From: Dipteris shenzhenensis
Lineage: Eukaryota
Strand: one strand, 5' to 3'
DNA length: 64,000 nucleotides
Assembly: GCA_047967505.1 (NCBI GenBank)
Contig: CM106538.1
A model generated the notes under the pieces. It was given only the letters and a program-made list of their open reading frames with translations. It searched no databases and was not told the origin of the DNA. Positions 13,511-27,436 of the stretch are shown here, piece by piece. Position numbers and translations under genes: made by a program. Numbering within the stretch: position 1 is the first letter of the stretch; each line of letters starts with the position of its first letter.

Positions 13511-15588
13511 AAAGCTTTCAGGCCTTCATTCTGCTTCTTCCTCACTGAAGTCGGTCTTAGATTAGATTGTATGCCACTCGGTGAGGAAAGAAGTTTCTTG
13601 TTGTATGTTCATATCACCAATTCTGCTAGACAAGATGCTGAATGAGTACAGGTAATTCAAGTTAGGCAGTTGTTTGCTGAACTAGGTTGGTTTGAAAATT
13701 GTCTCAGGCATCTCCAGATGCTCCTTGTACAATACACATCGGGTCACTCAGCCTTTATGAAGGTAGTGCCCTTCTCTTGGTTTTCTTTGTCATATATATA
13801 GGGAATATATAGAAGTGTGTTTAGGGTAAAATCAAATTGTCCATATGGTTCTGTGGCTCTGAGAATGTGTTAGGGCATCAGATGAATTAGGGCATGCTCT
13901 ATTTCAGAAGCTTGAGTTGCATGAAATGCTATCTTAATTAAAAGAGTGCCATGGTGGTCAATTATTATCGGCCTTTTGTTCCGATAGCTGATTCTGTGCA
14001 TGACTCTATATCCCCTTTTGAGTAGATCAATAGATGACCCGCGCGCTGCTGCACTACAGGATGATTTTACCTAGTTCGAAGCAGCAACAAACCTGTGCAT
14101 TGCTTGCTCTTTGTGTCACCAGCACACCTTCTCCAGAAACTCTTGGAAGCTACTCCCATTTGGAAACTACCTAGAACCAGCATCACTTTAAGGATTGTTT
14201 GTGATTGCACTGAAGATGATATTCTTGTCCGTGCATCCGTAGCGAGCTCTAATTTCTAGCTGTTCTTTCAAATTGGAGCTTGCTCTCGCAATAAAATTAG
14301 GGATGCAAGCTTGCATATAAAAATGGCTGCTCTTGATTCCAAGCCTGCTCATGCATTGCATAGCATGGATGGAAGACACAATCCAGCTTCTTCCTCTTCT
14401 GATATTGAGCTGGTTCGTGCATTCACTCTAGCTCTAATCCCCTGCAGGCCTAGTGCTTCTTTCTTGTTTGCTTGATAGTTGCCGTCATTCTTTAGAGCTT
14501 GCTATCCATTGAAATTAGGCCTGGTTTATTGTTGCTTCTCCCTGCAGCTGCAATAGGAACTCTCTTCGGCAATGGTTGCACAAACTTTACCAATCATGTC
14601 CTCAGGCCTGTGGCATTGGCTAGCTCTACTCTAGCTCCTCTTCTTTGGCGTGGTATGGATGATCCAATACAAAAGTCTGCCAATTCTTTGTGGATTGCAT
14701 CAAGCCTCTTTATCAATTCTTGTGGGTGTGGCCATTGGAGGCTTTGGCTAGAGAAAGGCCTTGGAACTATTGTTATTATGAAGAAGAATTGTCCATCGGA
14801 GCATCTCAATCAATTGAACAATTGGGTTTTGATTCCTGTGGTAATTGGTTGCCTCGAATTGTCTCTTTGCAATACTCATTAGAATGTTCACTTTGAGTAG
14901 AGTATGTTTGAACGTTTGTGCCATGTCTTGTGTTGGTTCTTTGTTTTTTTAAATCCTCAGTTCGTGAAGGTAACACATGTATTGAGAAAGTCGAGTTCTA
15001 GAGAGTGAATGTCAAATATATGTAGTATAGATTGTGCACCCTACGTCAGGATAGGACTAGTTGAACCTTGTTTGTTTTCCTTTTAAATGACAGGTTAGAT
15101 CCTTGAAAAATGTTTGAAAGCTAGACATAAATGCAAATATGGGCCATAGAAGCTTTTGCCTCTATAAGTTTTTGCGTCCAGTGGGTATATATGAGAGAGG
15201 AGGGAGAGCCAACATAGAGGGCGGCGGGGGGGGGGGGGGGGGAGAGAGGGAGTAGGGAGTGGGAAAGGAGGGGTGCAAGGAAAGGTAGACTACAAGGATA
15301 GGGAGAGCATAGGTTAATCGAGGAGGTATGAGAGTGAGATGAGTTTAATAGATGGAGTGAATAGATGTGTGAATGCTCTTTTGCATACTTATGAGCGGAA
15401 ATTTGCTATATCCCTTAAACTTTGACAAATTTTTATTTCCCTGTAATGGTCACTCCAAGCCACTTTGACATGCAAGAATGAGGGAGAACCATAAGAATGG
15501 ACGCTAGTATGCTTATGCACTAGCTTGACAAATCTGGAGTGCATAGGAAGATGATTTAGAGATTGCTTTGACTTGCACATTCCTTTAT

Positions 15589-15589
<1 letters not shown>

Positions 15590-15663
<74 letters not shown>
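15590..15663. repeat. (CT)n(CA)n compound microsatellite
   Basis: Seen directly. Confidence 0.95.
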
Positions 15664-16099
15664 TTTATTCTTCATGTGTCTTCTATGTAGGTTGAAGTGT
15701 GCTTCTCTAGGTTTGTTTTAATAGAGCTGATGTCATCTTCATTGTGATGCAAAGCATTCATTAATTTCATTTGGTATTTACACCCTCCAAGCGTAATGTG
15801 CATGACACCCTCCATGCGTAATGCGCATGCTAGTGTAGCGTCATTTGGGTCTAGCCCTACTAACCCAACTAAAATGGACATTTCTTGTAGTGATCAAAGG
15901 TGGTGCCTCTAGCTCTAAAGCATCAACTAGGTGTTATAGTTGTCCTGAAGCTGAGGTTTTTTCCTCACCCGACGGACATGGAAATATATTTGCACTAAAC
16001 TAAGGTAAGCTGTCTTATTAGGCATAATGTTCTCTAGTCTTTGGGTTGAGCATTTTGGTCTCTTGTGTGTTTGCTTTGGATCAAACAAGCATTGTAGAA

Positions 16100-17360
16100 T
16101 TAGAGAAAATGTGATCGCTAGAAAATATGGTGATGCTTACTATGATATAAGTACACTTCTTTGCACGCAATAGCTATAGTTTGGTGTTGTACCAATCAAC
16201 TCTTTTAGATGAGCATAAAATTATCCCGAGTCCATCTCGATAAGTATATAATTGAAACAAGTTATTACTTACGAGTGTTGGTATGTATAGATACAAGGTT
16301 CTTTGTCAAATTTTGTTTATAACCTTCTCAACCTTTTCCTAACTACGCACCCTCAAGGTTTGTATAAGATCAAGGAAAGCATCAATAATATTTCAAAAGT
16401 AGAAACGAGATTTACAAAACTGCACGTCTTATATATGTTTAGTGTATCTAGTCATATGCAACTTAAGAAAAGCAATTAAGTAATTAGAAAGAAGAAGTAT
16501 ATAAGATGTATCTAGAGATGCCTTGGTCGTCTCATCATAACGCTTGTATGCTTGGTTGTGTCTACTAAGCTGACAAGAGAAATCGCCGATTGTTGTTGAA
16601 GCAATAACATGCATATAAGGCATTGATTTGTCCTTGTTTCATCTGCAACTCGATTCTTGATTTAGTCCTATTGCTTTCTTCCAGATTAAATAGCCGTCGT
16701 CTTTCGCTTAAGAGACTGACATCCCTGTTGTTTACGATTTTCACACGACTTCCATTCTTGAAATCACATGATGCTACTATTATTTTGAATATCATTCATT
16801 CTATAAGAATATGAATCTTTTTTATCCTCATGCCCTAAGATTAAGTCATCTCTGGTCGTGGTTGTTCATCTTCCTATCCAAAGACTACTTCTACCAATTC
16901 ATTGACAGTAGGCAGTGAAAAGAAACAATCATTAATTTCTTACCTCAAGTCGAAACAATCATTAATTTCTTACCTCAAGTCGAAATATAATGATCCAACC
17001 ACTCAATATGATCACAAATTCATGATTTACCAAAACCATAGAAACCAAGAACAAGGCAAGAAAAGTAGTGGAGAGCAGAGAAAGAGAGAGCGACATTGCA
17101 TGGGATCCAATCTGTCCCCCTAGGTGGTGGCTCTTGCTTCCCATCTAGAGTATTTATAATTCTAATCCCAAAAAGCAACGAGCCAATAATAGCACATCCA
17201 AAAGAGTCCCTTGTCCACAATTAGAGGTATTGCTCAACATAGCTCCACGAGCTTAAAATATCACAAGGCTTAATATGCCCTCATCCATAATTAATAAAAT
17301 AAATAAGCACACAAATTACTATTCATTACTTTATAGTATGGCCCATGGCCTTTGACAGCC
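16100..17360 (-). mobile_element. Highly decayed Copia RT remnant with LTR-like flank
   Basis: Minus-strand GMRIKK (~16830) and YMHVIASTTIGDFSCQLSRH (16429-16623 ORF) resemble Copia RT motifs. A 30-bp duplication lies at 16923-16985. Confidence 0.35.
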
Positions 17361-17719
17361 ATTCGATACTTCAATCAATCCAAATCACCTTCACCATCTC
17401 TATTCCTTGTTATCCAACTCATCATCTGTACTCAAGCCACTAAGTGTGTTAGTTATTACAATCAATTGATGAATCATCACACCAACTAATCCCAACACAA
17501 TTGTATGCTTGATATACAGACATCATAATACACACCTTACGACCAATTGCAATAAAACCAGTAGCACTAGCGACATTAGTATTAACATGGAATCACCCAC
17601 AATTACTAACCATCTAGCTTGGCAAAACACAAGTAGCTAGGCGTCCCCAACTAAACTCCAGAAAGCATCCCACTAGGACACCTTCCACGTCCGGTGTACT
17701 CCACTACAACTTCACGATG

Positions 17720-19300
17720 AAACAATGGCTTGAATGGTGCTAGGAAAAGAATTGCGAAAGGTTTCACAAGTGGAGAGAAAATTGGCTCTCATTGATGGGC
17801 AAGGTGGTGGTACTGAAGCATATCTTATCTCCCATGTTAGTTTGTGTTTCTATCGTCCTTCCATTTTCACAATCTTGCTTTTTGAAGGTTGAAAAACTAT
17901 ACGAGACATTTTGTGGCATGACCAATGGCTCTCATTCCCATGGTATTATGCTACCACACGTAGGATGGTAGGTGGATTAGGTGTAGAGCCTCTAAAGGCT
18001 AAATGCAACCATCTATGTTGTAAATGGCTTCTCAAACTTCAATCTTCACAACCATGGGTAGTTTTGCATCAATGGTGGATTGAATAGCAGGGAGTTTTTG
18101 GAATAGACCGAGGAAGTGCTTCTTGGTAGAAACAATGTTTAGGATCAAGCATTTAGAGATCCTCAAGAAACTAATTCCAATCTAGTGCAATAGAATTGCC
18201 CACTATAGTTGGAAAGGTGCTGGACATCTTGATGCTGACGACTTTGTGGGATTCAATGCATGGATCAACAGCTAGCCTTTTGTGAATAATGTGGCTCCCA
18301 TCTAGATCATCCCTTGACTTGCAAAACACATGAACACCAAGGGAATAATGTACATTATTAAATTTATGGGATTATAGCAGACATGGATTTCTTACTCTCC
18401 ATGAGCTGAGTGCTCGCTACGATCTATCTGCTCGTGAATAGATCTTCCTTTCACTACCTTTTCAAGACTCTGACTCGATTGGCCTAGTAGTTTGACCAAT
18501 TAATTTGTAGGGATAGGTCACAAATGGTGTAGGGAAGTATTTATGCTGCTCAACTGCTAAGTATGTGCCTATCACATAGACAACTAATATTATAACTGCA
18601 ACGAAGATGGCATGGCGACACTACGTGCCATTTGACTCTATTGATGTATGGGAGAGATGGATGCAACAAATATTGTAGCTACAAACAAAGATGGCATGCC
18701 TACACTACATGCCATTTGACTCTACTGGATGTATGGGAGAGATGGTTTCATAAGGTTTGTACAACAACACTATCCCATAGGCTCAAATTTCATCTATGGA
18801 GAATTCTTACTTACAAGCCACCTACTATGGATTGGCGTCATCGAGAGACATTACCATCTATTTTAGAGTGCATGGCAATTAATGTATATGGAAGGTACTC
18901 TAATGATGGTTGTCTAGAGTGTAAATCATAGTTCCCCTTCAATGGAAATAGGTGCTATAGGGTGATAAGGAGCAATTGAATGACGTGCATATCAAAATAT
19001 GGAGCCTCATACATCGATTTATCTTAAATATTTCAAAAGTAAGGCCTTCAAGTTTGTTTCCTTTTCTATGACTATTTACTCTCCACCAAGAGACAGTGTC
19101 CATCATTGCTCTCATCTAGGAAAGGCATACCTTTTAGGTCCTTACTAGTCGCTCATTAACTATCTTGGACCACAACTATTCATATAAGAACTCCCTATCC
19201 ATGAATTGGTTTGGATAAGGGTCTATTGTGTGGGGTATGGATATTCTTACAATGTTATGCTCACATGCCTTTATATGTTTGAATATTTGCATAGTTCTTT
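17720..19300 (+). mobile_element. Decayed 3' half of a LINE
   Basis: GGLGV..KWLLKL (~17970-18040) and a zf-RVT-like KFHLWRILTYK (~18785). Confidence 0.6.
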
Positions 19301-19329
19301 TGGTGTGCATCCCTTAACACTATATTGTA

Positions 19330-19600
19330 TAAACCAATTAGCACATACAATAGTAAAGGGATAAATATACAATTACAAACTAAGCACATTGATGTCAGAG
19401 AGCACTTCATCAAGAAAAAAGTAAATTGGAGACATCACGCTATATCATTCTATTAACAAAGATAACGTTGCATGGTTTTAAAATAGTTTTTTATGCTTGA
19501 CTTGATACAAAGAATGAAAAATCCCGCAATTATTCTTGGAATCTAGATTCATTGTCTCAAGGGAAGGCCAAATGCATGTTAATCTTGAGGGAAGTTTTGA
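19330..19600 (+). mobile_element. Copia RNaseH C-terminal remnant
   Basis: TKHIDVREHFIK at ~19380-19415 and a purine tract GAGGGAAG at ~19588. Confidence 0.6.
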
Positions 19601-21499
19601 TGATCCAATCCCAAAATCATGTTGATGCATGCAATATTAGCAAGATATGTACTTAGAGTACTAAAAGGGCGCTAATAGAACATCCATGCATGTAACACTA
19701 ATAGAGCATTGTATTTATTCATTCCTTACAATTAACAAAGTGTACATCTAGTCTATTTTGCTACACTCTTGTTCTCACCCTAGTTATGTCCTCATTGACT
19801 CTCTATTTTGGCATTCCCACTATAAACTACTATTTCATAATAAAAGATAAGTAAGCTAACTTTAAGATAGGAAAGAAACCCACACCATTCTAAAATGAAG
19901 GTCCACTTAAAGAGCTAATGACATGGTATGGAACCTTATTCATGAATTCAATAGTTAAAAGATACAATAAGTTGAGACAAAATGCAAAAATACTCAATGG
20001 AAAAAAACAGAAAAGAGAAATTATTACCTTTCATATTCACCAAAATGCTGAATTATGGACCTTGTGATAAGAAGGCCCTAAAAGCTACTGATTGGGAAAG
20101 ATTCAATTAAGTGGTAGGGGAGATTCCAAAATATAATGAAACTCCCCCCAATGATAATGTTTGGGAGTTGCTAAAAAAATTAGATAAAGATGGGAGACCA
20201 TGTTGCCTTGCTTTTCCCTCATCTTTCCAAGCATCTAACCCCATATTGCCTCTCATGTAGCCACCAACCTCCCCCATTCCATTCTATTCCTAAAGTCGAT
20301 GTAAAATACCAACCGCTCATCATGTAGACATAATTCCCTTGGGTGCCAACTCCCTTTAGTAAGAAAACCTATCAAAATCTTAAGTATGAGATGAATTTAA
20401 CAATATGCCATGAGTAGAAATTATTCAAATTAGCATGGTTGTGTTCTACACCAAAAGAGCTTCAAATATGTCTTTACACCTTGAAATTTGGGTAGCACAT
20501 GAAAAAATTATATTAATTTGAAAGGAGATGGGTTTTCATATTTTAGTATATTTTTTGTTTTCCCCCCCTCATCCAAAAGACCCCCCCTTGGGCCTCACCT
20601 ATTATGAAAAATATGTACAAATATTAAAATCTTGCATATTTTTCAAGGTATATAACTTATATTTTGTGGGAGGAGGGACATGAAATTTTCATAATTTTCC
20701 CTTGCATATTTGAAATTTTTTAAACACATCCATGCATATTATATATGGACCTTCTCCCCCAATAACCTGGATTTTGGACGAGGGTAGTAACATATTACAT
20801 ATTGAGTTGGAGCCCCAGGCATAATGCATGACAACACCCAATGACATAATGCATGACAAGACATTTTAAACTATGTGCTCTCAATGAAGCTCGTGCCAAG
20901 TGTGAATTGGAAACCCTTCACCTTATTTGACTTTTTGCTAGCACTTCTCCAATAATCTTATTGGGGTTTGCATCGGAGAAGATAGTGGGAACAGTGTGAA
21001 TCAACTCACATGAATGATGAACAAAATGGATGCAAGGATGAAACACTAGCAAAGGTACCAACATCTAAGAGGTGAGTGGATAGTCGGGATCAAAGCTCAG
21101 ACAAGGGAACTCTAGACAGTGGCCAAAAAGAGACCCAAACTAAAGGGAATGAGCAAGTTGAGTAGTTCACCAGAGACTACACTATGAACTAAGGGAGGAA
21201 GAAGGGCCTCTCATGAGAGTTAAGAACCCCTACCTATAGTGGATTCGAGCAAGTGCACAGAAGCCAATCCTTATTATCACAAGGGAAAAATCCGAGTCTA
21301 GTAGTAAAAGCTATAATGGATATGTTTTGGGCAAAATCACCACTAAGTTCACCCAAATATGCTGAAGCAATAACAGCAGTCCAAAGATAAGAACAAAATT
21401 CCAAAATTACATGGGATGAGAGGGAGAGAATCCCCAATCCCTTTTGTAGAGTTTTCTACAAATAACGACGACATTGCAAGGCAATACAGGAAAGATTTA

Positions 21500-22228
21500 T
21501 GTTAGATATCAATGCTCCACTCTCGTGTAACTACGCGGGAACTAGCTAACTCTACTTGTAAGCCCCCCATATGAGGAGAAGGCATTTGAGTAGCTCAGCT
21601 ATCCGGTAGGTCCTAGTTTGGACACCAGATGGGGGCCATGTGTGGCATGATGGCTGGACGGCTTCAGATAGAGTTGGCACACTGCCAACTAGGCTACATG
21701 CAAGTGCGGGAAGGCATACGGTGACTGACCGCACTAAGGGTAGACCGAGCATTTCTTGGGGCAGCCCACTCTCGGGTTGCGGGGCCCGTTTGGAGCCTCA
21801 AATGATCCCGGATGGTTGTGGGCCGAACGGAGACCATAGGTTAGTTGCTCTGTTTTGCACACCGGTTCTATTGTATGGTCAGTGGCCTATTTCGGGACCG
21901 ACCCCAAGTCGACCGTTTTGGGTGGACTAGGTCAGCCACCCAATTGAGCCTAACCAACTACGACTGGTGGCTATATAAGAGCAAGCCCGTGAAGCCCATT
22001 TCATCACTGGCTATAGTAACCTTGATTCCTTAGCATTCAGCCTCCGTCTTCTACTGTTTCCAGCATGCCATCAAAGCTTCTTTCACAGGAGCGCACGGCT
22101 GGGAGGCAGAGCCATCTATTGTATCAATTCTACAGTAATCAAATTTTTGATTCTCCATACTATCTTGTTTTCTCTCTTGCATACGAGATCCTATTATCTG
22201 TTGAGCACAGACGTATTATTTTCTTACA
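21500..22228. mobile_element. Solo LTR (729 bp) with TSD ATTTA
   Basis: ATTTA|TGTTAG...CTTACA|ATTTA. It splits the host gag. Confidence 0.8.
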
Positions 22229-24525
22229 ATTTACTGATGTACTTTCCCTCACATTTGTGGACAAAGCCATCAAATTGTATAATCAGTACTTGGATAAGCA
22301 CTCTGCCACATGGGACGAGGTGAAAGTGGCCTCCCTAACAAGGTTCTAACATGAATTCAGAAAGGAGACTGAATCTCAACCAACTCAAACAATGCATGGG
22401 CGAATTAATATATGACTTTGTAGTGAAAATAAGGGTATTGACCAATCAACTAAACAATGCACAAGATGAAACGAAATCTTGGTTGTTGACCAGCCTCACC
22501 AACTAGCTAGAATTGATGAAGACGTATGACAAATTGCTTCACAAAGAATTGTGCTTCAAAAAGGGGCGATGAACTCTAACAAAACAAGAAGGTGTTCTTC
22601 CAAAAAGTGGATAGTGAAGAACAAAGAAAAGATGAAATGGTGATCAAGAAAAACACCAATTTGAGAAAGAGAAGTTGAAAAAAATTCTTAAGGGAATGGG
22701 TATTAGAGGCACTCCGAACAACGGCAAGGTATGGTGCCACAAATTTAAGGTGGATGACCATACAACAAATGAGTGTTGGTTGGGTAATTTATGAAACATT
22801 TGAATCACTCGAGCCACAATAATGAAGAGTGCTAATTGATTAAGAACAAAAAAGTGAAAATGTCCATCAAGTGAAAAGAGAAGTTCGAATACAAAAGACT
22901 CTACTAGGGGAAAAGAAGGATGAACACAAACATGCATGCTATCTATGGCAAGGAAGTATACGGTAAGAATGAATGACGGTTTTGGAAGATGCAACTAGAA
23001 ATGCTACAAAAGGCATGTAACCAAGATGATTACGTATCGACAATCAGAGTATTGCTATAGCAAAAGCAGATACACAAGTGCTCACAATATCACTAGGGCC
23101 AGCCCAGATGAGCTCAAAGAAGTTGAATGAGCTAGATATTTGCACAAACAAAATTATCCACATCCTCAAACAAAAAGAAAGGGAGAAAAGATGGTACAGA
23201 AGGACCAATAGCACAAAACCAAACCAACATGACCTAGGAGAAATATTAGGAGGTGGACGTGGGTGAGTTTTCATCATCCATCTAGTAGAACTCTCTCCCA
23301 GTGTGCAAAGCTCTCTCAAATTTTGACAATCAACCAATGACTAGTTTCAAATTCTAAAGCCACAAGGGTGAAGCTGAAAAAAGCACCAATTTAGGAGGAA
23401 TAAGCTCCCATGATTGAGTGTTGATGATCGACAAAGGCTCTAGAGTACACATCATCTCTTCAAGGAAGTTAAAAAGAGGCTCAAATTAAAAAACTTGAAG
23501 CCTTATACATTCAAAAATTTCATTGGTGAATCAGAGATTTGGTTCTAGTAGGCATGCTCAAGGGCATTGCATCAAAATCAGTGTGGAGCATATTTCACGA
23601 CCACGTACATCGTGGCCAAGAGGGAGAGAGAACAAGGATACCCCATTTTATTGGGACAACCATGGTTGAAATGTGTCAAGGTACAACTGGGGAGGAGATG
23701 TCGTCAACATCACTTATGATAGGTAGGACATGCAAATACTAGTGAGAAAAAGCACAATCTAGAAGCAATTCAATCTTGAGTGCTTGGAGGTGGAAGAGGC
23801 CTACGTCTCTAACATTGAATATAAGTTTCTCACCTCAACATTGATCCATCACCATGATTGACACAATGCGGGTAGCCACTGAGATGCTAGTGAAAGTCGA
23901 AGAGCCCAAGATGGACTTCCCCACAGGATTCATAGAAGACAAAGAGGGACAAAGACAAGCCAACCAAACAAGCCAAATGACTCGAAGTGTCCAAATTAGT
24001 GGAAGTGGCCAAATTATAGAAGAGTGTTAGTCGTGTCTCCAAAAGACTGAAAAACACCTAAATGCATCCACTCCTAGCAATGGGAATGCCAGGGTTAGAC
24101 TTAAATCTGACTAATGTCAGAAAAAGAAAGAGGTAGTACAAAACATACAAAAAGCCAAGACAATCATTTATGAAGTGGAAATATTGCATATAGTTTGTAT
24201 TTCAGCAAATAGCCTGATGTAGGAAATGATGATTAGTTTATAACAACATCCCCGATGGTGTTTTGACTTTAGTCAGATAACAGTCAGAAACAGACATAGT
24301 CCCAAAAATGATGTGGTGGATAAGGCCACTACTACTGGTTGTTAGGGACAGTTATAACCGTCCCTATAGTTACACAATTATCCACTACTTACTATTGTAA
24401 CCCCCTTTTACTAGAGGTCTACTAACCCTCCTTGGTTGAGGTCCACATGGGTGGAGAGGTTATTATCAACACCTGGCACACCCAGTGGTAAAACTTTTTG
24501 CAAAAAAGTGGAGGACTCGAACCCT

Positions 24526-26708
24526 TCACTGGAAGTAATCCATCAGCTGAACTTTGATGGTGTTGGTGGAGTTCAGATCTATGACTGCTCCCTTAGCAGC
24601 AATTAGGTCTGCCTCATTTGCATCTTCTTTGTAGCTTTCGTTCAGTTCTGGTTCCTCCTCAAATGTTGTCTGTTTTTATACAAAATCTACACCCGAGGCT
24701 AAGGCATGGCTTGGGGTAGCTATGATTTATGTATCCTCATATGTGGCATCCATGAAAGTGGTGTGCTTTGTAGGCAATTGTGTTGACTGATTTTGCTATG
24801 TTGCGGTCGGCTTCTCAAGCTATGATTTCAATTCAAACAATTATCTGTCAACATCCATGGGCATCTATCCCTGTTTTGCACCCTGTGCTGTAGGTCGGAA
24901 TGTCTCCAATTCATGTGCCATGATATCATATGCATACGCAGCAGATGCAAAGGCCTCATAGGGTCTTTGAGCAATTACAAACAGGCATTTTTTGAGATTG
25001 GACCATAGGTCCTGAGATGTCTTTGCCAACTGTGTCTTCATATCTGTGAGATCGGAGGAGCTAAGGAAAACTCCATCTACTTCTTCTACAAATTCCTTGA
25101 GGTGTTGATCAACTCCTTCCAAGGCATGGATCTATTCCTTCACTATAAGATTCTCAATGTTCAAGTCTGTGTGGGCTACACCCATTCAATCCAATTGTAG
25201 ACAAAATTATGCTTTCATTTCCTCTAGCCAAGTTGTCAAAGTTGGCAAGCATTCCTTTTGTACTCTGACTTGGGCAATGAGTTTGGAGACTTTCTTCTCC
25301 TGCATAGCTCTCTGTATTGGGCGTATTCCCTCTTTATTTCCTCTAGTTCCAACTGAGTGACATGGAACTTTTTTTGCATATCAGCTAGCTTAAGCATATA
25401 TTCATGTCCGGCCTTCTTATTCTATGTCAATTCATACATTCGTTGTTTCAACTGCAACTGTACTTTTCTCTGCTTATCAACATAGTTTTGAAAGACTCTG
25501 AGGGCATGTTCTAGCTCCATGCTGGAGTCCATTCCTCTTGTAGGTGGACTGGTCATATCTTGTTTTGGGGAGGCCTACAAGTCTTTCATGTTGTGGACAG
25601 GGGAGAAGGCTTTGAAGGACCTTCTAGGAGGCATTGCAAGCAATATACTAGCAATGTTCTCCTCTAGTTTATTCCAGGTCTCCGTCTTTTGAAGAATGGA
25701 TTTTGCCCAAGGATTTAACTTTATCTTCTTGGAAGATTTGGGCTCTGTAGGGGTGGCTAACAACTCTTCTCCTGCTAAGGGTGTATCCCATAGACGTTTT
25801 GCCAAAGATTGGCCATACACAGCCATAGTAGCTTCCTCTTTGGAGTACTAAGTATCTTCCAATGCTTGTAGCATGTCTTGCTTTGTCTTTTCCTCCTCAT
25901 ACTAGCTATCATGCATTGCTTTGGTGCGCTCTTCTCTGTACCAAGGGACTACCTCCAGGGTCTTTGTACCCATCTGGCTGGCAAATTTAAATAAGGCACC
26001 AATAAATGGCCCTGTCTTGGAATGAGCATTAGAAGCACTGAAATCCTTTTTGGCAATCTTGCTCATAAGGCGTGAGTGGAGGAGATGTGCCCATGATATC
26101 TTTGTTCCCTTCTCAGCTGCACTTAGCGTAGCATAAGAATCTCTACTCATAGTATTAGTTTTTTCGAGCCACTGCATCCTTTCGAGATACCAAACAAGCT
26201 GCTGGTGTCTTCTCATATCCTAAACATTATTGATGAAAAAATAATTCTTTTGTGTCTCTGGTGGTCCGAATTCCTTCTGCATGTCAAAATCGATAGCCTT
26301 TTTGTAGAGAACCTCTTCATCATTGATGATAGGAAGCTGAAAGACCTATGCCATAATTTCAAGAGAAATCATGATATACCTCTACTGCATTGGAAAATCA
26401 TGATATTCTCAGCAAGTATACCTCTACTGCATTGGAAACTCTCGTATTGTGCCAGTGCATGCTGGGAAGCCTTCCATGATGCCCAAGGTAAACTAGTGTA
26501 CTACAATAAGCTGATTTTCTTTAGCCGCTTCTGATGCTTGGAGAGGTCCAACGATACCTTGAAGTTCGCAAAGCTACTTTTACAAAAGAAGGGGTGGTTC
26601 TCCATTCGATTTTGTCTTCTCCAGATCTAGTATGTGTATATTCTTTTTCGCGGCCGGGCTTTGGTGTGGGATTTTCCAAGTAGGGGTGAGAGATTTCTTA
26701 GGACCCAT
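24526..26708 (-). pseudogene. Disrupted extra ORF of the Gypsy element, unknown function
   Basis: Collinear minus-strand ORF pieces run from MGPKKS (ATG 26708) through 25902-26216, 25575-25826 and 24865-25122 to ..VQLMDYFQ* (TGA at 24526-24528). The C-terminal half is charged and coiled-coil-like. Confidence 0.6.
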
Positions 26709-27436
26709 GGCTGTGTCAAGGAGCGTTCTAGCACTTAAGAGCTTGAGGTTTGGATCTAGTTGTTATGATGGGCTAGGAAATGTGAGCCGATGGCTTCTTT
26801 TGGGTGCCATAAGTAGAGGAGGCTCATGGGAGAAGCTTGTGTCGATGTGTCGTTGCAATGGACGGTCCATCAATGCCTCATGCAAGGAACTAGCAATGCT
26901 TTTCGGTGACTATGAGGGACTAGTGTTCATCTTTCGTTTGGCACTACGGGGGTTATTATTCATGATGGAATTTGTCAGGGAGGGGTTGGCGAGGATGGCT
27001 ATTGTGGGAGTGAGAACCTCAACGGAGGGAACAGGCTTGTCGACAAGGTTCGGGTTCATACCTTGTACGTTCTTGGGTTGTCTGGTCATTACGGAGAATC
27101 TATCACGTGTGGCACAGATTGCGTTGTTTGGGGCGCTGTCGAAGACTCGTCTCTACATCAAAGCTGGATGTCAAAGTAGTAGTTGGATCAGAGGTGCAGT
27201 CCTTTCTTTTGCATGAAGTAGATCAAAAGGGGATGTTGGAGTCGGATCGAAATCGGACTGTGTTGTCAGAGCAAACTCGGAAAGACTTGTCGGATGTGAG
27301 TCAAAGTTGGGTCAAACTGTAAGATTCGTGTCGCACGTGTCAGGCGGATCAGGAGTCAGAGTTGTTTACCCACTCACGTATGCTCATTGGATTGCGGCCG
27401 GACACACTAGTCGAAATCGGATTATACTCAAAGTGC

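Noticed and set aside
14040-14900. Possible gene remnant downstream of the ARM gene
   Set aside because: Short ORFs on both strands with no recognisable family or splice structure.
24474-24524. tRNA gene
   Set aside because: Only the 3' portion matches, it includes CCA and is interrupted, and there is no D-arm or anticodon arm.
26632-27216. 194-aa + strand ORF
   Set aside because: It is the antisense shadow of the element's minus-strand region and has no motif.
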